Shown here piece after piece: positions 14,402-27,058 of a stretch of 64,000 bases of DNA. Where the stretch lies: positions 1,302,001 through 1,366,000 of the forward strand of contig JBHGNT010000005.1 in assembly GCA_043228905.1 (NCBI GenBank), given 5' to 3'. This DNA is from Azolla caroliniana (taxonomy: Eukaryota > Plantae > Polypodiophyta). The notes under the pieces were generated by a model. It was not told where the DNA came from. It did not search any database and saw only the letters and a program-made list of their open reading frames with translations. A program made the translations under genes and the position numbers. How positions within the stretch are numbered: the first letter of the stretch is position 1; the number at the start of each line of letters is the position of its first letter.

Positions 14402-16740
14402 GATAACAAAACTGTCATCACAAAAGATGGATAAAACAGCTTTGGTTGGTTTGCATAACCGTATGATAAAGAACCAATTTTTGGTTAGCATAAGCTCATG
14501 ATAAAAAACATTTCTTGGTTAGCGTAACCATTACAGAAAATATGGTAATGAAAGAACCATGCTTGGATCCCCCAATGTGTGAATTGAAATCAACAAACAA
14601 CGGAGGAGAAAAAAGTTTTGAGTATAAATACCTTACTAAATATGTCTGAAAAGATTGAAATGGATATGTTTTGACAATAATTCTTTGGATCCAAGTGGGA
14701 AGTATGTACGATGATTTGCTGGATTAGATTTTAAGATTCTTCTTTTCTTCAGAGAGGAATATAGTTTCTGATCTCATTAACCGTATAGACGAAAATGCAC
14801 CTCTTGACAAGGCATGAAGGGGCACATATGCAATATCACTCCAACGAGAATAATAAGTAGGAATTTCCTTGGAAATATGAATCTTAGATGCACAAGGAAC
14901 TACAGAAATTTCCATGCCCAGCATTGGAAGAAGATATTGATCGGTTTCGAATCCCATATAAGCCTCCTTTTAACAAGTAAAGAAGTGAAAGATACAAAAA
15001 AAAGCTGCTTATGGAGTTTTGTTTTTATATTTCTAAGCAAGTTGCTCTTGGTTAAAGAGCTTCATCGTTACATTCATTCTGCAGAACATAAACCAAACTT
15101 TAGTGTCAGTAACAGATAGCTACATTATCAACCATTGTCATGAAGGAAATACAGCAAATTTAGAATGATGGGTGCATAAATTTCCAAACAGATTCTGTGA
15201 CCACACAGAGATTCATAATTTACTATCATTCTGTAAAAATGCACCTATTTAATATTATGAATCCATAACTTCTAGCTTAAATCTGTTAGAATGTAAGCAT
15301 GATGAGGCATCCTATGAATAAAAAACAAAAGGCAGATGGCTGATAGTGCCATATAAAGCATAGAATAAACGCGAGAAATTTCCGCAGAAAGATAAGGGAA
15401 AACACATTGAAGTGAAGTGAAGCATCTTGAATAATGAAATCCTAATACAGAGAACAAAGTGAAGATACGGCAGGGAATAAAACCAAAAGCCAAAAAGAGC
15501 ACATCTACTTGAGAGCGCCATGATCAATGAAGGCACATGTACTAGATGAATCAAAAAGGTGAGAAAACCAGAAACATACAAAAGACACTTGGAATCGGAC
15601 GTAAAAGATTTGACAAAGCAGAAACGCATCGAAATCAAATCAGTAACAATGCAAAGATGATATAAGTAGAATAAGTAAAGAATTTGATGCGAAAAAATAA
15701 GGGAAAACACAACAAAAACATATTCTTGGAATGATGCAAGTAAAGAATTTGATGTAAAAAGACAAGAAAAAAGGCACCGAAATCAGACCTACATTGAGTA
15801 AAGAATTTGATGGAAAAATACATTGAAACCAAGCCAGAATTGTAAGAGAATTCCTGGATTTTGCAGTAGGAGAAAAACAGAATTATACCTGAAACACAAA
15901 GAATACATGCTTCAAACAATGAGGACATGGTATGAGATGCACAAGTAAGGCATTATTCATGAATTTGGGTAAAAAATAAACGCAAAAGACAAGTTGGAAT
16001 CAAACCGGAAGCGAAAAGAAAAGCTAATCAATGCATGTTAAAGCATGAAAGAAACAAATCTCATGACATCGGAACCAAAAAGGGAAGCCGGAACTTGCAA
16101 CAGAAGACGTGAGAAATCCGAACAGAAACTTAAAGAAATGAATGAATGAATAAACCAAACCAAATAAGGAAACACATTGAAATCGTGTGAGAAGCAAAAG
16201 AGAAGATAATTTAGTGAAATTTGAAGCAAAAAGAGAAGCCAGAACTTGCAAATCGAAGACGCGAGAAACAAAACCAGATATATTGTAGGATGTGAATCAA
16301 TTGAATCAATAAGGAAGAAATTATTTGAAATGAAAAACGGGAATCAGAAGATAAGCAAAAATTAATGAAATTTGAGATTTGACGCAAACCTAAGCACGTT
16401 TTAACAGAAATTTGGGAGGGAGCAAAAGAGTTGGCGTGAAATCAATGCATATTTTGAAGCAAAAGAGGAAAACCTAAATTCGCAACAAGGAGAATGCAAT
16501 AATAAAACAAAAGAAAAAGTGCATTCATTTTTTTTCTGATGAATGAAGAAAAAAAGCAAATAAAATGATATCAAACCAAAGTAATCAATCATAGAAAGAG
16601 AAGAGAAGAGAAACCATTCATTATTCCGCGAGAGTGAAGAGAAAACGATGAAGAAAGAGGAGACACAACAATTGAACGGAAACTTACAAGGGAATGCTTG
16701 TTGTCTGTACTACGTACACGCCATTGATTTACAGACAGAC

Positions 16741-16785
<45 letters not shown>

Positions 16786-17178
16786 CTAAAACGCATTCAC
16801 AAAGGGCTCATTCATACACACACATATGTATGTATGTATGTATATACGTATATATATACGTATGTATATACGTATGTGTGTGTGTACATACTAAAAAACT
16901 AAAATCCAAAAGGCTAGCCTAGCCTGTTCACGAATCACAATAGCCAGCCAACCAACCCAAGTCCACACGCCTCTAATTCTTCTTCTTCTCCTCCTTCTCC
17001 TTCTTGTAAGAAAAGAAAAAGCACACAATTATATTGATTGTATGTCAAATCCACTTGTTAAAGCTCTTCTCACCTCCTCGTCCTCCTCTTCCTCGTGCCT
17101 CTTGCCTATACTTTTACCTATGCCAACCCTAAACCCCACATTATTCAACCTCCGGCACTCGACTCGTAACCATGAGAC

Positions 17179-17180
<2 letters not shown>

Positions 17181-17256
<76 letters not shown>
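17181..17256. repeat. Compound (TG)n(AG)n microsatellite
   Basis: Seen directly. Confidence 0.95.
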
Positions 17257-17258
<2 letters not shown>

Positions 17259-19801
17259 GAGCATGCAGACAGATTGGTGATGTGCTCCATCTACCACCTC
17301 GCCCAGTGGAAAGATATATATGGTGTCACATGTTTGTGTTTTACTTGTGGGTGTCTAATATGATGATCTCCACCCCCCTTTCCTCACTCTTAGCATTAAG
17401 ATGTCGTAGAAACATTCTTTTTCTATTAGGAGGTTGTGTGGCATCTCACGGCACAAGATTGCTTACAATGTGTGACGTAAGCAACTTCATGAAGCTTAGC
17501 ATGTGGAGATGAGGAATAGATAGCATTGACATGCCAATAATTGTACATATTGAGGTGATTGAGATTATGGATCTGGAGGGATTGTAGGATAATGTGCCGC
17601 TAATCGTTAAAGACTAGCTACCTCGCCTTGTTACTATTATATCAAGGTTACATGTTTCCTATTTTGGACTGTATCATTTTTAATTGTTATTGTGAATTGG
17701 TCCTCTCTATTGACTCTAAATGCTAATATTTCAAATAATCAATCAAATATAAAGAATTTCTTTTTTGGCTCATCCAACGAATGATGCATCCATTGTGCAC
17801 AATATTGTTTCTTTTCCACTCCTTCTATATAGGAACTTATCTGCGTTGCAACCCTTATCTAAGATAGAGGACGTTTTAGCATTGTTTAATTGAAGCATTA
17901 GTTTTTGTTTGTAACATACCTTTCAGATCTTATATATGTTTACATGGTGTGGAAGGCAACTTTGGGGAAAGGATTCTAGTGTTACGAATATGGTGGCATT
18001 GCATTAGTTGCAAAAGGCAAAGGGTCATAATTGAGGTTTTTGATTAAGCATATTGGGTTTGGTTTTTATTTCTAGGCAAACACACCATACCTCCATTTAG
18101 GATGGGGCCTTAAGGCATCAAATGAAGCCTTAAAAAAGGAGGCACTAATGAAAGGGTGACAATTCATTGATTGCAAAAAGGCAAAAGTTCTAGTTGAGGC
18201 TTATGCGGGAAAGTTGTAGGTCAAACAAATTCATTACATGGGATTATAACTTATATCTATCCAATCCGAATCAATATTTCTCTCCTTGTACTAGTATCAT
18301 ATTAAGTAGCCAACACTTCCCATCCCACTTGCTCAAACATGTCTATCCTAAATGTGTCTCTATTATTGTAGGTTGAAGGTGGTGAAATTAGAACCAATAT
18401 TGTTCTTCGAAGTATTGTCATTCCTCGATTGCCCATATAAAACCCTCATATATTTGATATAGTTTTGTGATTTCCACAATGTAACAAGTGTGATCCTAGC
18501 AATAATTTTATGTGTAAACATGTTGGGTGCATGAGAAGGGTAAGTGATGACAAATTCATTTTAGTTGTGGGAAGTGCCTTTGAAATAAATATTGAAAGTT
18601 TTGTGAGTTCGTAAACAATTTTCATTAACATTTGATGTACATGGGACATTCTCAAGTACTCGACTTTCTTTGGATTCTAAAAAGTCTCTATAAAAGTTGA
18701 TTGTAAGAGCAAATGCATACATTACACAAAAAGGAACATGCAAGGTTGAGGATGTACATATGAAGAAAGATCTATCGAGCCATTTCATAAAAAACATGTA
18801 ATCAAGTGACATGTCTCACAATAACTATATCCAAAATATTTGTAAATTGTAATTTAAACTCATGCTCAAATTTTGGTATTGGTTACTTTGTGACATTCAC
18901 AATGTTGTTTACATATTAACTCATTGTTTTGAGAGAGGCGTTGATATAAATAAAGCCCCTTGTTTCTTAAGGGACAAATTCATTACTCTTTTTTTTCTAC
19001 CAAAACAACAAATTTAACAATCTGTAACTAACAACATACACGGATTTTATAGTGAATGAAAACTAAAGACACAAACTTAACGTTGCTTTAAATTTTAAAA
19101 TTAAATAATTAAACTCATTGTTTTATAAGTGACCATTGGCGGAGACATTTTAAGACTCCTATATTATCTACTACAACACATCATTGAGATAGACAAAGTT
19201 TATTGAAGTCAAGAATGGTGGATGACAAATGTAAACATGTTTGCCCATGGGTGGTCACAATGTCTACAATTTGGTGTCTCAACTTCAACAAAGCATAATA
19301 ATGCAATAAGACGCATTTAGGATAATATATTGGATGCATGGGCATTTGACATTTATATCAATAACTATAATTGAAATAAGCCAAAATAGTTGTCAAATTA
19401 TTGAACACGTGCACGTTTATTCTTCGTTAGAGTCTTCTCATGCTTGGCCCCTTCCACACAAAATAATCCTAAATATACCCATGTGTACATATAACACCTA
19501 AACTTAAAGTCAATGGAGTGACTCTATGTAGCTATATTGTGGCACGCCATCTATTTGCCACATTATCTTAACTACAATAAATTGGTCCATCAAACTAGTA
19601 TTCTACTACTTTGGATGTCGTGGAAAAGATCAAATACAACATGACAACGGTATATAGAGTGAAAAAACTATATACTAAACATAAACCCTATCAAAAAACG
19701 CATGACATGTCATATCCAACCATATTTTGAGTGGCACTTTGAAAGTGTTATTGAATTACACCATGCACGGAATATATATATTTTATTTATTTCAATGCCT
19801 C

Positions 19802-21870
19802 TTATTCTTAAGAGTATAGTTGTCCCACATGCAAGCAAGGAATTGTTGGACTCTGAGTATGCAGATGACACTATACTCTACCTACAAGGCAATGGCGCTA
19901 ATTCACAGAAGGCTGAAGGACGGATATAGTTGGGAAAATTAATTGGAACAAAAGTAGAGGATTCTTGGTAAGTCCAAACCCACGACCGCTTTGGTGCCCT
20001 AACGTTGATTTTGAATGGGTTCCCAATAGAATGACTCTCAAGTATTTGGGCTTTTTGGTGGGAGTTAAGACACCTAAAAATCAGCAACTCGAGCAGGTGA
20101 AAGGAAAAATAAATAAAAAGCTTTGACTATAGGCACCAGTAAAGCTTTCCCTTGCAGGTAGGGTGGTCGTGGTAAACCACATTTTGTTGGCCACCATGTG
20201 GCACTTGGTGGCATGTTGGATGTTATACAAAGCCTGCATAAAAAACATTTAAAAGGCAATGGTGCGAGGGTTCCTTTGGTTGGCATAGACAATGAGACAG
20301 TATCAACTAAAGTGGCATGGGGTTGTTTGATCAAGGCGAAAAACCAGGAAGAACTTGGGTTGGTGGATCTGGTTCACCAAATTAAGGCTCTACTCGATAA
20401 TTCTGGTGCAACGTCTGCAACCCAGACCAAAATTGTGGAAGGTGCTTCTTAGGAATAGAGTAGACCTTTGGTGCCAGAGGAATGACGACCACTAAAAGGC
20501 AAATACGGGTGGTTGTTCAGTTTATGTTTAAAGTCGAAAGAACTGGCTAGCATGGAGGATAGGGTGGTCCACACCATAATGAAGGCCTAGTCAAGTTTAA
20601 GAGATGGGTTGGTCTTAATGCAACCGAAAAAGTTGGATGAACGGCTACAACAACAACTATTTTGGAACCCCAAGATTAGAAGCGAAGACGTTATGATGCT
20701 TGGACCGAAGAAATACCTGCCCTAGGGGCATATGTTAGAGTACAATGTTAGTTCGGTAAGAGAGTAGGAGGTTTTTAGCATGAAGAGGAGGGAGGGTTAG
20801 ACTTGTAGCATTACGTTTACTAGAAGGTTAGAAAAGGTGACCAATTGATAGATAAAGACTGTTGATGGATTAGATGCATTGAACGTGGAAGAGGAGGTCT
20901 AGTCTGGTTGGTTTGTTTGTGAGAGTGTTGCGTAGATTATCCAATGATGGCAGGTGCACAACTAACGAGGATCACTTGTTTGGCAACTTAAATGTTTTGA
21001 AGGTTGAGGACAAATGGTTGGCAATGCTGGTGGCAATGTTGGAGGGTAAGAAGTGGCAAGTGAACCCGGACCTAGGGAAACTTGATAATGATTGTAAACT
21101 ATGGCTTTTTGACAGCAAGCCCCTATGTGATTTGGAGTGGGATCCACTAGAGGTATGGTGGCAGAAATTGGGAACGAACAAACTGGAAAGGTTTTTTTAG
21201 TACAATACTAAACTAGGAAGGCAAATCATTGACTCCAAATCAGTGAGCGTTGTTTAGACTCGTAATAGCTGGAAGGATAAACGCATTATTATTAGATGAC
21301 TTCCTGAAGTTGTTTTGGAGGAGACTATGGTCGTTGGATATGCTAGAAAAAATAATGGTTTGGTTGTGGCTTCTTAGCCATAAGGCGGTACCTATAGGGG
21401 AGTGGATGAGTTCCTGTGGTGGGGAGACTGGTTACAAGTTATGTGGACACGCTTTGCAATCGATGTCTCGTTGTTTCTGGAATTGTGCACATGCGATTCA
21501 CATTTGGTGTAGAAGTCTTAGGATCATGGCATCTTGTATTGTGAATGGGAAAGTTGGGTGGGGTTCCTTACAAGGTCTCACATTAACATGGAAAGGATGG
21601 GCGGAACAGTTAACACCACAAGGTCATGTTACCCAGATAACATTGTTGTAAAAGAGTAGGTGGGATAATTTTGTTGTAAAAGAGGGAGCGAGGGTTATTA
21701 TCATATTTGTGGGAAGAAGGACAATGTGAGTTTTGTTGAATTTGTTGTTGTTTTTAGAGTTGTATATATTGATCCCTCTAAGGTTAGTCTTTGTGGATCT
21801 TAGTATTTGAACGTTGTTGTATATTGTTTGCTAACTAAACAAAAGTAGTGTTTTTTTTGGAATAAATAAA
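19802..21870 (+). mobile_element. 5'-truncated, decayed L1-type LINE (RT C-terminal half plus zf-RVT)
   Basis: KELLDSEYADDTILYL (RT catalytic motif), KVAWGCLIK..ELGLVDL, and WLWLLSHKAVPIGEW...KLCGHALQSMSRCFWNC (zf-RVT-like). Many stops and frameshifts; A-rich 3' end near 21860. Confidence 0.85.
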
Positions 21871-22398
21871 TCAATTACAAACACATTTTCTAAAAGTCAA
21901 ATCATGGAGATTAAATGCATAGAGACACTTTCATCTTAATGTTTTCTATAACTTCGTTTAAATAGATTTCCTTATTTTGACACAATTATTTTAGTTTCAA
22001 AACAAGCTTTAATGTTACTTTGATACAAGCCTTTATAGAGAATGTTTTTATCCCTTCCCATACAACCACTCTAGGGAGAACATCAATCGATAGTGTAACA
22101 ACAAATTAATTTTTAGTCAATAACTAATACAACAATCAACAATTAAAGAAAACATCAATGAGAAGGGAAATAACATGAACCTCTACCCAATGAAACACCA
22201 ATGACATTAGGATTATCAACCTAATATTAAGTTAAGGCATTATATGTATCCCATACTACACTCATATAAAACTACACGAGGATGAGAGAGGACTCTGCTC
22301 TAATACAACCATTGTTACAATTGACGAGGGCGGAGTCATCAAAAGAATGATTAGAAAGTAGTTACATGAAATTAGGTCTAAAACCTTATGCAACCACA

Positions 22399-22748
22399 TG
22401 TTACCGGTTAGGAACACGTCCTACCCTTGGTCCTTTGGGGTAGGTTCAAGGTGATCGTGGTATAGAGAATGGATTCGAACACAAACACGCTACTAATCCT
22501 CAGACAATTACGCTATGTATCGACACAGAGACAGAGATAAGAGAAGACAATAACTATATTAGAGAACGTATTCTCAAAACTATGCTAGCTTGTACAATGT
22601 TCTTATGCCCTTTATATACATAGGGCATAGTCGATTACGCTTCTTGCGTGATCCGTTACATGCGTTCTTTAAACACTCCTACTATAATAATACGATTCTT
22701 GTTCTTTTCTTTACTCTTTTCCCACTAGTTCGCTTCCGGCGGACAACA
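22399..22748 (-). mobile_element. Solo LTR, 350 bp, 5-bp TSD CCACA
   Basis: TGTTACCGG...CGGACAACA termini, flanked by ccaca at 22394-22398 and 22749-22753. Orientation inferred from a minus-strand TATA near 22612. Confidence 0.8.
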
Positions 22749-23137
22749 CCACATTCACATGCAATATTCATTGTAATAGTGGACTATTTTAATACCAATG
22801 GAGGATATTTTTTATGGGAAAAACAAATAGTCCTCAACCTATTGAATACTTGATCATGTTCATAATCATACTTCCCCATTCTACTAGAGGTGAGAGGTCA
22901 CATGTCAATTTATAAATAGATGGAGCTAATTTTGTCTTGATTTTTACATGTATGCTCATAACATAAAATTTAAAATACAAGTAGATGCACAAGGATATAT
23001 CAAAGTTGCATTGTTTTAGTTCATCGATATAATGTGTATGTATGTATGTAATCTAAATTATATGTGAGAGATTAATAAAATGTCATATGTGAATGGTAAA
23101 CGAGTACATGAGTATTCTAGATTGAGGATATCATAAT

Positions 23138-23736
23138 TAGCAATGGGCCTGGTTTTGGCTCAAACCTAACTGAACCGTTAAATCGTGGCTTAATGGTTTA
23201 TTGGTTCAAAAATAAATAAACCGTTTGGTTTGGTTTCAAATGTTATGATCCGGTTTGGTTTCGGTTCAGTTTGGTTTTGAATTTCATGGTTTAGCGGTTT
23301 CGGTTTAACGATTTATAGGTTAAAAAATATTCCTAAATTTTCACCTGTAGGCCAACTTTCAACTTTTAATTAAAAACCTCTAGGCTCTAACTTATTAAAT
23401 TTTATATACACTATAAGTAGAGTGTCCTTTTGATGTATGATTATCAAATTTATGATAAGTATGATGACCAAAATTATAATATGTATGATGACTAAATTTA
23501 TGACAAGTGTGATGACCAAATTTATAATAAGTGTGATAACTAAATTTATGATTATTTTCTCACAGAGATTCATAATATGTATGATAATCAATATCACACA
23601 AAAATGATTTGGTTTGGTTTTGATTTATGATAAACCGGTTTGGTTTGGTTCTAAAATTTCTGTAAACGGTTTAGTTTGGTTTCAAGGCCAAGAAACTGAA
23701 CCGAACCGAACCGAAACCGAACCGGGCCCATTGCTA
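23138..23736. mobile_element. Non-autonomous hAT-type MITE, 599 bp, 8-bp TSD ATCATAAT
   Basis: TIR TAGCAATGGGCC(T/C)GGTT...AACCGGGCCCATTGCTA. atcataat at 23130-23137 and 23737-23744. Subterminal AACCG/CGGTT repeats and internal atgatgaccaaa repeats. Confidence 0.92.
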
Positions 23737-24164
23737 ATCATAATTTTAAAAAATTAGCCCTTATTTTCAAACAAGGTGCAAATTTAGTGTCTTTGGGTGG
23801 GTTGGTGGTGAACTCATAGTTGTATGACACTCATATCCTATTCCAATGTCTCTCATGGAGTTTCTAATATATAAGTAAGCAAGGTTATTAAAACAACGTG
23901 AATATTACAAAAAACTTTGCATGCTTCCCATATGGATTATGACACTATGTAGTTATTCTCTCTCATCCTTATGTTTAATTTAGGTTTTCATAAAAGACCC
24001 AAGGGGAAAAAATCAACATGTATTTAGTATGACCAATGTTTTTTGGTTATATGTGTGTGGTGTGAATGAAAAACTTATAATCTCTAAAGAATGAGAGGCA
24101 TATATGGTGCTATGCAACGAAAGTGAGCTTTGTGTGTGAGTGTGTGCACGTGATGCAACAGAGA

Positions 24165-24195
<31 letters not shown>

Positions 24196-24589
24196 CTCTA
24201 AACAAGGGAACTGTATATTATATGCAACAACTAAGTTACAAAGGGTTGGTTTAAATACCAACTAGTCTACGGCAAATGCCCTTTCTACTAATTACAGAAA
24301 TGTCCTAGTAAGTTGTCCACTGCCTAGTGTGAACACTATTCCTATGGGAAGTTGAGATTCTCAACATAATCCATTCAAATATTGTGTGGGCCATGCTTGA
24401 CAAAGTGGCCTCAGAAACTCTCAAGTTATATACTCATGTTTCAAGGTGTATTCCCAATAATATTTGTGATGTAGACACTTTGACTGAGCTAATGTTTATT
24501 GTCATCATTTCCAATGTAGAATATGCATATATTGTCTAATAAACGTATCGAAGTCAGGGATTCATTATAAACTGATCTGCTGCTCTGCA

Positions 24590-25154
24590 CGATAAAAACC
24601 ACCATATCATATGTCACTGCCAAACCTTCTGTTGCTTCGCCTTCCATCAATTACCTTGCCACTGCCCAACCGATGGTCGTGCCCTGTGTACCTGTTGTAT
24701 CTAATGGTTGTTCAAACCCTTCCGAAGGATGTTTAGGGGTTTCCGCTTCTCCCATAGTAGTTGCGGAAAAGCCGATTGTCTCCATCAGCATACCTGCTAC
24801 AGCCAGTCCAGTTGCCACGATCAACCTCTCAACGTCCTCCATCACCCCGGTCTTCCTCGATACAACAACGAACCAGGAGTAATTGTTGTGTTGTCGCGAA
24901 CAATCTAATCGGGGCTCTCGTGTAGCTAACCCAGATATCCCACATATTTCGGAGAGTGCAGTAGATCTTCTGTTGTCAGAACATGATCGAGCACAAATCG
25001 TAAGAGAGATTCAACATCTAGAGAAGCGGACAGTCATTGCGCAGGTTTTGGCCATTCGTCCTCGGCATGTTGATCTTTGCTTACTGTTGCAAATTGCTTT
25101 GAAACAAGATGTTGACAGCATCACAAATGTACAAATGCTTGGTCGGAATTACTA
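24590..25154 (+). mobile_element. L1-type LINE, 5' part (ORF1 N-terminus, DUF4283-like); continues at 34520
   Basis: ...IQHLEKRTVIAQVLAIRP...ITNVQMLGRNY joins to YQVEFELE...KGGWV after the DNA-transposon insertion. The 5' boundary is approximate. Confidence 0.8.
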
Positions 25155-25274
25155 GGTCGAAGCATGCTACGGTGTACCCAAAAAGTATTGTTTTTGGCAA
25201 AAAAAAACACGAGTTTAAAAAAAATCAGAAAAATTTATAATCTTTTTAGGGAGTGGGGTGGGGGTAGTACACGT

Positions 25275-25918
25275 TATCGAGGTATTCCTCGCGGATGCGT
25301 GGAATGAGGCGGGGCCTCGGGGGTCTTGTACCGAAGAGCAAGAGACAAAGGAGAAGGGAAGAGACCCACTACGTGCGAGCGTAGATTCACAGGGACACGA
25401 CCCTTCGACACAAAGACGCGAGTGGGACACCGACGTAGAGAGACACGAATGTAGGTATATATATATTAACAAAGACAAACAACAAGAAGCACGAAGTCGG
25501 TTACAACCGAACAGGCCGGCGAACAGATGCCGATGCCTGTTCGTAAACGCTCAGAAAGAAAGGAGTAGGTTGGAGGTGCTGCCGGAAGCACTCAGGCATT
25601 CCTCAGAGCAGCGCGAGCCTCCCGAAAACCTGCACAGAAAGAAGCTACGGAGTTTGGAAGAGAGAGAAGCCTTCGGCCGACAACCCGACAACACTTCGTC
25701 CTCTCTATCCGCGATGCTTTCCTCCTCCTCGTCTCCCTCCTTTTATAGGCAAGAAAGGAGCCGTTTCCCATTAACTTCCTACCTACCGAATCTACCTACC
25801 TAGGATCTTCTATGTACCTAATTCTCTCTTATGTACAACATAAGGCGTACGTGCATGAGGAGCCGGTTCCTACGCTCCGGTGCACCGATTCCGCTTGTGG
25901 ACGGTTTTCTTCACGACA
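25275..25918 (-). mobile_element. Solo LTR, 644 bp, 4-bp TSD ACGT
   Basis: Minus strand begins TGTCGTG and ends CTCGATA (probably a mutated CGACA). acgt at 25271-25274 and 25919-25922. Minus-strand TATA CCTATAAAAGG near 25745. A GC-rich island in AT-rich context. Confidence 0.72.
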
Positions 25919-26693
25919 ACGTTGCATTTAATGGGGGGAGACAGTTGTTGTGGATTCAGGGGTCAAGACTGACTTGGGGGCTATTTCCCCCTCACTTTTA
26001 ATTTAGCATGCCACATTAATTGAATTTGGCGATTCTCACCATTTTGGCATCTCCTCTTCCTCCTTCCAACCGAGCCCATCTCAGATTCACCGTTTTGTCG
26101 TTCTCTACATCTCAGGTATTCACAACACGCGAATGTCCCCAAGATTTTGTTGTTGTTTGTGTCACACATCTTCCTCATCTTCGCCTTCCGTCGGTATGTC
26201 TTCTACTTCCGTTGGTATTTCTTCTCATTCCCTCGATATGTCTTCTCCTTCACTCGGTATTACTCTTACATTTCTGTAGCATAAGTTCTCTAGTGTTTAT
26301 CATAGTTATTATTTATAGCGTAGGTTATTTCAGAACCGTTTTTAGGCTTTAATGTTTGTAGTTTATCCTTTCAATGGAAACTTTAAGATTTATTTATGCT
26401 AAAAGATAATGTCTTCGTCATTATCATGATTATTATTGTCATTATCATCTCCATCTACTTATACATTGTTACCATATTATGTTGAGCATATTGTTATTTG
26501 TATTATTTCCCGATCTTAATAGAATGATAATCTTCTGCCAATGATGTCAGACACATTTGGATAACACCTAAAACTTGACTTTTATATTAGCCTATTGTTA
26601 TGGTTGTCTTTCTTAGTACTATATTGTTTTGTTAAAGGAATATATGAGTATGGCATTATCGTACATGTTTATTCGAAAAATGGTTGATCTTAT

Positions 26694-27010
26694 TGTTGAG
26701 AAATCAAGCTCAACTTAGTTTAGTTAGTTAGTCAACCATGTAACTTCGTAGTTACCTAGATAAAATCTAGTTAGAAGTGTTTACTATAACACCTTAAATA
26801 GGACCTTGTACTTAAGTGAGATACTGTAGATCCTCCACTCCCAAGTACATTTAATAGAGGACTTACACTTTTGTACCTATATTATCCTCACACATATGCA
26901 CCATTGCACATGAGATCTATATATACCTAATTGTAGGTATTTTTGTATTTGATGATGATAATGCTAATTTAATATCTTACTCATCCCCCATCTTGTGTTG
27001 CTCATAAGTG

Positions 27011-27058
<48 letters not shown>

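Noticed and set aside
15100-16700. Several Phe/Leu-rich minus-strand ORFs
   Set aside because: Low-complexity T-rich intron-like sequence gives spurious hydrophobic ORFs.
17600-19500. Possible decayed transposase or gene fragments
   Set aside because: Short broken frames with no motif I can assign.
25258-25803. 181-aa plus-strand ORF
   Set aside because: It is antisense to a GC-rich solo LTR, has no ATG start and shows no recognisable domain.
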